Below are positions 1 to 10,899 of a stretch of 64,000 nt of DNA, piece by piece. Source of the stretch: Auanema rhodensis (lineage: Eukaryota > Animalia > Nematoda); assembly GCA_964057225.1 (NCBI GenBank), contig OZ059894.1, forward strand, positions 2,232,001 through 2,296,000. Direction: 5' to 3'. A program made the position numbers and the translations under genes. The notes under the pieces were generated by a model. That model was not told the origin of the DNA. It was given only the letters and a program-made list of their open reading frames with translations, and searched no databases. Every line of letters begins with the position of its first letter. Positions within the stretch are counted from its first letter, which is position 1.

Positions 1-39
1 ATTCAACGAAAAAATTAATTCTTCAGGGTGAAAATCGAG

Positions 40-61
40 GATATAAGTGTGAACTTATATC
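40..61. other. Perfect inverted repeat: 9-bp stem, 4-nt GTGA loop (present in most monomers)
   Basis: gatataagt (40-48) is the exact reverse complement of acttatatc (53-61). Confidence 0.9.
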
Positions 62-71
62 AATTGATATC

Positions 72-138
72 TCGGTGCATTTTTAAGCTAGCGCAAATCT
101 GATAACACAGATCGACGCAGCTTAAAAATCCGCATCGA
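72..138. other. Long imperfect inverted repeat (~26 bp pairable) in the monomer core
   Basis: tcggtgc 72-78 / gcatcga 132-138 (one G.T pair); atttttaagct 79-89 / agcttaaaaat 119-129 (perfect 11 bp); gcg 91-93 / cgc 116-118; atctg 97-101 / cagat 108-112; loop ataaca. Confidence 0.9.
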
Positions 139-247
139 ATGCACTATACTACATTGAGAAACGCTCAATACAAAAATTAGTTATGATCGTTTGAAAAATG
201 ATGCATTAGTGTATGTTGAGTTTCCATGTACGCTCAACATTGCTTCC

Positions 248-313
248 AAAAACATTTTGACAAAAATTTTTTCGAAAAATTTCAAAATAATTTAGCAAAA
301 AGTAGATGTTTTT
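248..313. other. A/T-tract dyad region centred on the palindrome tttttcgaaaaa
   Basis: 12-bp palindrome at 268-279, flanked by ttttga/tcaaaa and by aaaaacat (248-255) / atgttttt (306-313). Confidence 0.75.
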
Positions 314-562
314 AGATTCCTTTTTTCAAGGCAAAGACGATGGACAATGTTATTCAACGAAAAAATTAATTCTTCAGGGTGAAAATCGAGGATATAAGTG
401 TGAACTTATATCAGTTGAGATCTCGGTGCATTTTTAAGCTAGCGCAAATCTGATAACACAGATCGACGCAGCTTAAAAATCCGCATCGAATGCACTATAC
501 TACATTGAAGAACGCTTAATACAAAAATTAGTTATGATCGTTTGAAAAATAATGCATTAGTG

Positions 563-592
563 TATGTTGAGTTTCCATGTACACTCAACATA
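563..592. other. Inverted repeat: 10-bp stem, 10-nt loop (monomer positions 212-241; 9 bp in the 'cattg' variant)
   Basis: tatgttgagt (563-572) is the exact reverse complement of actcaacata (583-592). Confidence 0.9.
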
Positions 593-3500
593 GCTTCCAA
601 AAACATTTTGACAAAAATTTTTTCGAAAAATTTCAGAATAATTTAGCAAAAAGTAGATGTTTTTAGATTTCTTTTCTCAAGGCAAAGACGATGGACAATG
701 TTATTCAACGAAAAAATTAATTCTTCAGGGTGAAAATCGAGGATATAAGTGTGAACTTATATCAATTGATATCTCGGTGCATTTTTAAGCTAGCGCAAAT
801 CTGATAACACAGATCGACGCAGCTTAAAAATCCGCATCGAATGCACTATACTACATTGAGAAACGCTCAATACAAAAATTAGTTATGATCGTTTGAAAAA
901 TGATGCATTAGTGTATGTTGAGTTTCCATGTACACTCAACATTGCTTCCAAAAACATTTTGACAAAAATTTTTTCGAAAAATTTCAAAATAATGTAGCAA
1001 AAAGTAGATGTTTTTAGATTCCTTTTTTTAAGGAAAAGACGATGGACAATGTTATTCAACGAAAAAATTAATTCTTCAGGGTGAAAATCGAGGATATAAG
1101 TGTGAACTTATATCAGTTGATATCTCGGTGCATTTTTAAGCTAGCGCAAATCTGATAACACAGATCGACGCAGCTTAAAAATCCGCATCGAATGCACTAT
1201 ACTACATTGAGGAACGCTTAATACAAAAATTAGTTATGATTGTTTGAAAAATGATGCATTAGTGTATGTTGAGTTTCCATGTACACTCAACATAGCTTCC
1301 AAAAACATTTTGACAAAAATTTTTTCGAAAAATTTCGAAATAATTTAGCGAAAAGTAGATGTTTTTAGATTCCTTTTTTCAAGACAAAGACGATGGACAA
1401 TGTTATTCAACGAAAAAATTAATTCTTCAGGGTGAAAATCGAGGATATAAGTGTGAACTTATATCAGTTGATATCTCGGTGCATTTTTAAGCTAGCGCAA
1501 ATCTGATAACACAGATCGACGCAGCTTGAAAATCCGCATCGAATGCACTATACTACATTGAGAAACGCTTAATACAAAAATTAGTTATGATTGTTTGAAA
1601 AATGATGCATTAGTGTATGTTGAGTTTCCATGTACGCTCAACATTGCTCCCAAAAACATTTTGACAAAAATTTTTTCGAAAAATTTCAAAATAATTTAGC
1701 AAAAAGTAGATGTTTTTAGATTCCTTTTTTCAAGGCAAAGACGATGGACAATGTTATTCAACGAAAAAATTAATTCTTCAGGGTGAAAATCGAGGATATA
1801 AGTGTGAACTTATATCAGTTGATATCTCGGTGCATTTTTAAGCTAGCGCAAATCTAATAACACAGATCGACGCAGCTTAAAAATCCGCATCGAATGCACT
1901 ATACTACATTGAGGAATGCTTAATACAAAAATTAGTTATGATCGTTTGAAAAATAATGCATTAGTGTATGTTGAGTTTCCATGTACACTCAACATAGCTT
2001 CCAAAAACATTTTGACAAAAATTTTTTCGAAAAATTTCAGAATAATTTAGCAAAAAGTAGATGTTTTTAGATTTCTTTTCTCAAGGCAAAGACGATGGAC
2101 AATGTTATTCAACGAAAAAATTAATTCTTCAGGGTGAAAATCGAGGATATAAGTGTGAACTTATATCAGTTGATATCTCGGTGCATTTTTAAGCTAGCGC
2201 AAATCTGATAACACAGATCGACGCAGCTTGAAAATCCGCATCGAATGCACTATACTACTTTGAGAAGCGCTTAATACAAAAATTAGTTATGATCGTTTGA
2301 AAAATGATGCATTAGTGTATGTTGAGTTTCCATGTACACTCAACATTGCTTCCAAAAACATTTTGACAAAAATTTTTTCGAAAAATTTCAGAATAATTTA
2401 GCAAAAAGTAGATGTTTTTAGATTTCTTTTCTCAAGGCAAAGACGATGGACAATGTTATTCAACGAAAAAATTAATTCTTCAGGGTGAAAATCGAGGATA
2501 TAAGTGTGAACTTATATCAGTTGATATCTCGGTGCATTTTTAAGCTAGCGCAAATCTGATAACACAGATCGACGCAGCTTGAAAATCCGCATCGAATGCA
2601 CTATACTACTTTGAGAAGCGCTTAATACAAAAATTAGTTATGATCGTTTGAAAAATGATGCATTAGTGTATGTTGAGTTTCCATGTACACTCAACATTGC
2701 TTCCAAAAACATTTTGACAAAAATTTTTTCGAGAAATTTCAAATTAATTTAGCAGAAAGTAGATGTTTTTAGATTCCTTTTTTCAAGGCAAAGACGATGG
2801 ACATTGTTATTCAACGAAAAAAGTAATTATTCAGGGTGAAAATCGAGGATATAAGTGTGAACTTATATCAGTTGATATCTCGGTGCATTTTTAAGCTAGC
2901 GCAAATCTGATAACACAGATCGACGCAGCTTAAAAATCCGCATCGAATGCACTATACTACATTGAGGAAAGCTTAATACAAAAATTAGTTATGATTGTTT
3001 GAAAAATGATGCATTAGTGTATGTTGATTTTCCATGTACACTCAACATTGCTTCCAAAAACATTTTGACAAAAATTTTTTCGAAAAATTTCAAAATAATT
3101 TAGCAAAAAGTAGATGTTTTTAGATTCCTTTTTTCAAGGCAAAGACGATGGACAATGTTATTCAACGAAAAAATTAATTCTTCAGGGTGAAAATCGAGGA
3201 TATAAGTGTGAACTTATATAAGTTGATATCTCGGTGCATTTTTAAGCTAGCGCAAATCTGATAACACAGATCGACGCAGCTTAAAAATCCGCATCGAATG
3301 CACTATACTACATTGAGGAACGCTTAATACAAAAATTAGTTATGATCGTTTGAAAAATAATGCATTAGTGTATGTTGAGTTTCCATGTACACTCAACATA
3401 GCTTCCAAAAACATTTTGACAAAAATTTTTTCGAAAAATTTCAAAATAATTTAGCGAAAAGTAGATGTTTTTAGATTCCTTTTTTCAAGGCAAAGACGAT

Positions 3501-6500
3501 GGACATTGTTATTCAACGAAAAAAGTAATTATTCAGGGTGAAAATCGAGGATATAAGTGTGAACTTATATCAGTTGATATCTCGGTGCATTTTTAAGCTA
3601 GCGCAAATCTGATAACACAGATCGACGCAGCTTAAAAATCCGCATCGAATGCACTATACTACATTGAGGAAAGCTTAATACAAAAATTAGTTATGATTGT
3701 TTGAAAAATGATGCATTAGTGTATGTTGATTTTCCATGTACACTCAACATTGCTTCCAAAAACATTTTGACAAAAATTTTTTCGAAAAATTTCAAAATAA
3801 TTTAGCAAAAAGTAGATGTTTTTAGATTCCTTTTTTCAAGGCAAAGACGATGGACAATGTTATTCAACGAAAAAATTAATTCTTCAGGGTGAAAATCGAG
3901 GATATAAGTGTGAACTTATATCAGTTGATATCTCGGTGCATTTTTAAGCTAGCGCAAATCTGATAACACAGATCGACGCAGCTTAAAAATCCGCATCGAA
4001 TGCACTATACTACATTGAGGAACGCTTAATACAAAAATTAGTTATGATCGTTTGAAAAATAATGCATTAGTGTATGTTGAGTTTCCATGTACACTCAACA
4101 TAGCTTCCAAAAACATTTTGACAAAAATTTTTTCGAAAAATTTCAAAATGATTTAGCGAAAAGTAGATGTTTTTAGATTCCTTTTTTCAAGGCAAAGACG
4201 ATGGACAATGTTATTCAACGAAAAAATTAATTCTTCAGGGTGAAAATCGAGGATATAAGTGTGAACTTATATCAGTTGATATCTCGGTGCATTTTTAAGC
4301 TAGCGCAAATCTGATAACACAGATCGACGCAGCTTGAAAATCCGCATCGAATGCACTATACTACATTGAGAAACGCTTAATACAAAAATTAGTTATGATT
4401 GTTTGAAAAATGATGCATTAGTGTATGTTGAGTTTCCATGTACGCTCAACATTGCTTCCAAAAACATTTTGACAAAAATTTTTTCGAAAAATTTCAAAAT
4501 AATTTAGCAAAAAGTAGATGTTTTTAGATTCCTTTTTTCAAGGCAAAGACGATGGACAATGTTATTCAACGAAAAAATTAATTCTTCAGGGTGAAAATCG
4601 AGGATATAAGTGTGAACTTATATCAGTTGAGATCTCGGTGCATTTTTAAGCTAGCGCAAATCTGATAACACAGATCGACGCAGCTTAAAAATCCGCATCG
4701 AATGCACTATACTACATTGAAGAACGCTTAATACAAAAATTAGTTATGATCGTTTGAAAAATAATGCATTAGTGTATGTTGAGTTTCCATGTACACTCAA
4801 CATAGCTTCCAAAAACATTTTGACAAAAATTTTTTCAAAAAATTTCAGAATAATTTAGCAAAAAGTAGATGTTTTTAGATTTCTTTTCTCAAGGGAAAGA
4901 CGATGGACAATGTTATTCAACGAAAAAATTAATTCTTCAGGGTGAAAATCGAGGATATAAGTGTGAACTTATATCAGTTGATATCTCGGTGCATTTTTAA
5001 GCTAGCGCAAATCTGATAACACAGATCGACGCAGCTTGAAAATCCGCATCGAATGCACTATACTACTTTGAGAAGCGCTTAATACAAAAATTAGTTATGA
5101 TCGTTTGAAAAATGATGCATTAGTGTATGTTGAGTTTCCATGTACACTCAACATTGCTTCCAAAAACATTTTGACAAAAATTTTTTCGAGAAATTTCAAA
5201 ATAATTTAGCAGAAAGTAGATGTTTTTAGATTCCTTTTTTCAAGGCAAAGACGATGGACATTGTTATTCAACGAAAAAAGTAATTATTCAGGGTGAAAAT
5301 CGAGGATATAAGTGTGAACTTATATCAGTTGATATCTCGGTGCATTTTTAAGCTAGCGCAAATCTGATAACACAGATCGACGCAGCTTAAAAATCCGCAT
5401 CGAATGCACTATACTACATTGAGGAAAGCTTAATACAAAAATTAGTTATGATTGTTTGAAAAATGATGCATTAGTGTATGTTGATTTTCCATGTACACTC
5501 AACATTGCTTCCAAAAACATTTTGACAAAAATTTTTTCGAAAAATTTCAAAATAATTTAGCAAAAAGTAGATGTTTTTAGATTCCTTTTTTCAAGGCAAA
5601 GACGATGGACAATGTTATTCAACGAAAAAATTAATTCTTCAGGGTGAAAATCGAGGATATAAGTGTGAACTTATATCAGTTGATATCTCGGTGCATTTTT
5701 AAGCTAGCGCAAATCTGATAACACAGATCGACGCAGCTTGAAAATCCGCATCGAATGCACTATACTACTTTGAGAAGCGCTTAATACAAAAATTAGTTAT
5801 GATCGTTTGAAAAATGATGCATTAGTGTATGTTGAGTTTCCATGTACACTCAACATTGCTTCCAAAAACATTTTGACAAAAATTTTTTCGAAAAATTTCA
5901 GAATAATTTAGCAAAAAGTAGATGTTTTTAGATTTCTTTTCTCAAGGCAAAGACGATGGACAATGTTATTCAACGAAAAAATTAATTCTTCAGGGTGAAA
6001 ATCGAGGATATAAGTGTGAACTTATATCAGTTGATATCTCGGTGCATTTTTAAGCTAGCGCAAATCTGATAACACAGATCGACGCAGCTTGAAAATCCGC
6101 ATCGAATGCACTATACTACTTTGAGAAGCGCTTAATACAAAAATTAGTTATGATCGTTTGAAAAATGATGCATTAGTGTATGTTGAGTTTCCATGTACAC
6201 TCAACATTGCTTCCAAAAACATTTTGACAAAAATTTTTTCGAGAAATTTCAAAATAATTTAGCAGAAAGTAGATGTTTTTAGATTCCTTTTTTCAAGGCA
6301 AAGACGATGGACATTGTTATTCAACGAAAAAAGTAATTATTCAGGGTGAAAATCGAGGATATAAGTGTGAACTTATATCAGTTGATATCTCGGTGCATTT
6401 TTAAGCTAGCGCAAATCTGATAACACAGATCGACGCAGCTTAAAAATCCGCATCGAATGCACTATACTACATTGAGGAAAGCTTAATACAAAAATTAGTT

Positions 6501-9500
6501 ATGATTGTTTGAAAAATGATGCATTAGTGTATGTTGATTTTCCATGTACACTCAACATTGCTTCCAAAAACATTTTGACAAAAATTTTTTCGAAAAATTT
6601 CAAAATAATTTAGCAAAAAGTAGATGTTTTTAGATTCCTTTTTTCAAGGCAAAGACGATGGACAATGTTATTCAACGAAAAAATTAATTCTTCAGGGTGA
6701 AAATCGAGGATATAAGTGTGAACTTATATCAGTTGATATCTCGGTGCATTTTTAAGCTAGCGCAAATCTGATAACACAGATCGACGCAGCTTAAAAATCC
6801 GCATCGAATGCACTATACTACATTGAGGAACGCTTAATACAAAAATTAGTTATGATCGTTTGAAAAATAATGCATTAGTGTATGTTGAGTTTCCATGTAC
6901 ACTCAACATAGCTTCCAAAAACATTTTGACAAAAATTTTTTCGAAAAATTTCAAAATAATTTAGCGAAAAGTAGATGTTTTTAGATTCCTTTTTTCAAGG
7001 CAAAGACGATGGACAATGTTATTCAACGAAAAAATTAATTCTTCAGGGTGAAAATCGAGGATATAAGTGTGAACTTATATCAGTTGATATCTCGGTGCAT
7101 TTTTAAGCTAGCGCAAATCTGATAACACAGATCGACGCAGCTTGAAAATCCGCATCGAATGCACTATACTACATTGAGAAACGCTTAATACAAAAATTAG
7201 TTATGATTGTTTGAAAAATGATGCATTAGTGTATGTTGAGTTTCCATGTACGCTCAACATTGCTTCCAAAAACATTTTGACAAAAATTTTTTCGAAAAAT
7301 TTCAAAATAATTTAGCAAAAAGTAGATGTTTTTAGATTCCTTTTTTCAAGGCAAAGACGATGGACAATGTTATTCAACGAAAAAATTAATTCTTCAGGGT
7401 GAAAATCGAGGATATAAGTGTGAACTTATATCAGTTGAGATCTCGGTGCATTTTTAAGCTAGCGCAAATCTGATAACACAGATCGACGCAGCTTAAAAAT
7501 CCGCATCGAATGCACTATACTACATTGAAGAACGCTTAATACAAAAATTAGTTATGATCGTTTGAAAAATAATGCATTAGTGTATGTTGAGTTTCCATGT
7601 ACACTCAACATAGCTTCCAAAAACATTTTGACAAAAATTTTTTCGAAAAATTTCAGAATAATTTAGCAAAAAGTAGATGTTTTTAGATTTCTTTTCTCAA
7701 GGCAAAGACGATGGACAATGTTATTCAACGAAAAAATTAATTCTTCAGGGTGAAAATCGAGGATATAAGTGTGAACTTATATCAATTGATATCTCGGTGC
7801 ATTTTTAAGCTAGCGCAAATCTGATAACACAGATCGACGCAGCTTAAAAATCCGCATCGAATGCACTATACTACATTGAGAAACGCTCAATACAAAAATT
7901 AGTTATGATCGTTTGAAAAATGATGCATTAGTGTATGTTGAGTTTCCATGTACACTCAACATTGCTTCCAAAAACATTTTGACAAAAATTTTTTCGAAAA
8001 ATTTCAAAATAATGTAGCAAAAAGTAGATGTTTTTAGATTCCTTTTTTTAAGGCAAAGACGATGGACAATGTTATTCAACGAAAAAATTAATTCTTCAGG
8101 GTGAAAATCGAGGATATAAGTAAGAACATATATCAGTTGATATCTCGGTGCATTTTTAAGCTAGCGCAAATCTGATAACACAGACCGACGCAGCTTAAAA
8201 ATCCGCATCGAATGCACTATTCTACATTGAGAAACGCTCAATACAAAAATTAGTTATGATCGTTTGAAAAATGATGCATTAGTGTATGTTGAGTTTCCAT
8301 GTACAATCAACATTGCTTCCAAAAACATTTTGACAAAAATTTTTTCGAAAAATTTCAAAATAATTTAGCAAAAAGTAGATGTTTTCAGATTTTTTTTTTC
8401 AAGGCAAAGACGATGGACAATGTTATTCAACGAAAAAATTAATTCTTCAGGGTGAAAATCGAGGATATAAGTGTGAACTTATATCAGTTGATATCTCGGT
8501 GCATTTTTAAGCTAGCGCAAATCTGATAACACAGATCGACGCAGCTTAAAAATCCGCATCGAATGCACTATACTACATTGAAAAACGCTAAATAAAAAAA
8601 TTAGTTATGATCGTTTGAAAAATGATGCATTAGTGTATATTGAGTTTCCATGTACACTCAACATTGCTTCCAAAAACATTTTGACAAAAATTTTTTCGAA
8701 AAATTTCAGAATAATTTAGCAAAAAGTAGATGTTTTTAGATTCCTTTCTTCAAGGCAAAGACGATGGACATTGTTATTCAACGAAAAAATTAATTCTTCA
8801 GGGTGAAAATCGAGGATATAAGTAAGAACATATATCAGTTGATATCTCGGTGCATTTTTAAGCTAGCGCAAATCTGATAACACAGATCGACGCAGCTTAA
8901 AAATCCGCATCAAATGCATTATACTACATTGAGAAACGTTCAATACAAAAATTAGTTATGATCGTTTGAAAAATGATGAATTAGTGTATGTTGAGTTTCC
9001 ATGTACACTCAACATTGCTTCCAAAAACATTTTGACAAAAATTTTTTCGAGAAATTTCAAAATAATTTAGCAAAAAGTAGATGTTTTTAGATTCCTTTTT
9101 TCAAGGCGAAGACGATGGACATTGTTATTCAACGAAAAAATTAATTCTTCAGGGTGAAAATCGAGGATATAAGTGTGAACTTATATCAGTTGATATCTCG
9201 GTGCATTTTTAAGCTAGCGCAAATCTGATAACACAGATCGACGCAGATTGAAAATCCGCATCGAATGCACTATACTACATTGAGAAACGCTTAATACAAA
9301 AATTAGTTATGATCGTTTGAAAAATGATGCATTAGTGTATGTTGAGTTTCCATGTACACTCGACATTGCTTCCAAAAACATTTTGACAAAAATTTTTTCG
9401 AAAAATTTCAAAATAATTTAGCAAAAAGTAGATGTTTTTAGATTCCTTTTTTCAAGGCAAAGACGATGGACATTGTTATTCAACGAAAAAATCAATTCTT

Positions 9501-10899
9501 CAGGGTGAAAATCGAGGATCTAAGTGTGAACTTATATCAGTTGATATCTCGGTGCATTTTTAAGCTAGCGCAAATCTGATAACACAGATCGACGCAGCTT
9601 AAAAATCCGCATCGAATGCACTATACTACATTGAGAAACGCTCAATACAAAATGTAGTTATGATCGTTTGAAAAATGATGCATTAGTGTATGTTGAGTTT
9701 CCATGTACACTCAACATTGCTTCCAAAAACATTTTGACAAAAATTTTTTCGAAAAATTTCAAAATAATTTAGCAAGAAGTAGATGTTTTTAGATTCCTTT
9801 TTTCAAGGCAAAGACGATGGACAATGTTATTCAACGAAAAAATAATTTCTTCAGGGTGAAAATCGAGGATATAAGTGTGAACTTATATCAGTTGATATCT
9901 CGGTGCATTTTTAAGCTAGCGCAAATCTGATAACACAGATCGACGCAGCTTAAAAATCCGCATCGAATGCACTATACTACATTGAGGAACGCTTAATACA
10001 AAAATTAGTTATGATCGTTTGAAAAATGATGCATTAGTGTATGTTGAGTTTCCATGTACACTCAACATTGCTTCCAAAAACATTTTGACAAAAATTTTTT
10101 CGAAAAATTTCAAAATAATTTAGCAAAAAGTAGATGTTTTTAGATTCCTTTTTTCAAGGCAAAGACGATGGACAATGTTATTCAACGAAAAAATTAATTC
10201 TTCAGGGTGAAAATCGAGGATATAAGTGTGAACTTATATCAGTTGATATCTCGGTGCATTTTTAAGCTAGCGCAAATCTGATAACACAGATCGACGCAGC
10301 TTAAAAATCCGCATCGAATGCACTATACTACATTGAGGAACGCTTAATACAAAAATTAGTTATGATCGTTTGAAAAATAATGCATTAGTGTATGTTGAGT
10401 TTCCATGTACACTCAACATAGCTTCCAAAAACATTTTGACAAAAATTTTTATGAAAAATTTCAAAATAATTTAGCAAAAAGTAGATGTTTTTAGATTCCT
10501 TTTTTCAAGGCAAAGACGATGGACAATGTTATTCAACGAAAAAATTAATTCTTCAGGGTGAAAATCGAGGATATAAGTGTGAACTTATATCAGTTGATAT
10601 CTCGGTGCATTTTTAAGCTAGCGCAAATCTGATAACACAGATCGACGCAGCTTAAAAATCCGCATCGAATGCACTATACTACATTGAGGAACGCTTAATA
10701 CAAAAATTAGTTATGATCGTTTGAAAAATAATGCATTAGTGTATGTTGAGTTTCCATGTACACTCAACATAGCTTCCAAAAACATTTTGACAAAAATTTT
10801 TTCGAAAAATTTCAAAATAATTTAGCAAAAAGTAGATGTTTTTAGATTCCTTTTTTCAAGGCAAAGACGATGGACAATGTTATTCAACGAAAAAATTAA

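Larger units (their letters stand above)
1..351. repeat. Representative 351-bp monomer (phase arbitrary)
   Basis: Hand count on the consensus gives about 110 G+C of 351 and 12 CpG. A/T tracts are concentrated at ~245-330, with a GC-richer core at ~70-145. NheI gctagc (87-92) and NsiI atgcat (201-206) sites are present in nearly all copies. Confidence 0.97.

Noticed and set aside
40-91. Helitron 3' end (hairpin plus CTAG)
   Set aside because: The hairpin is AT-rich and ~26 bp from the CTAG, and the CTAG lies within another stem; no other Helitron features.
20-106. Satellite-encoded hammerhead ribozyme (minus-strand CUGAAGA at 26-20; plus-strand CUGAUAA at 99-105)
   Set aside because: Could not build stem II closing onto a GAAA or a stem I partner for the minus-strand motif; the plus-strand motif lacks the conserved G of CUGANGA. 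An Infernal scan of a dimer would settle it.
1-351. 5S rRNA, tRNA, snRNA or spliced-leader tandem gene unit, or a named satellite family such as Drosophila 359-bp or Tribolium TCAST
   Set aside because: No recognisable conserved RNA-gene motifs; similarity to named satellites is only in size and AT content and cannot be asserted without a search.
1-351. Monomer as a diverged dimer of ~175-bp subunits
   Set aside because: No convincing direct similarity between the two halves by eye; internal similarity is inverted rather than direct.
346-362. CENP-B-box-like motif on the minus strand (TTTCGTTGAATAACATT)
   Set aside because: Matches the TTCG half and central A of YTTCGTTGGAARCGGGA but lacks the essential CGGG.
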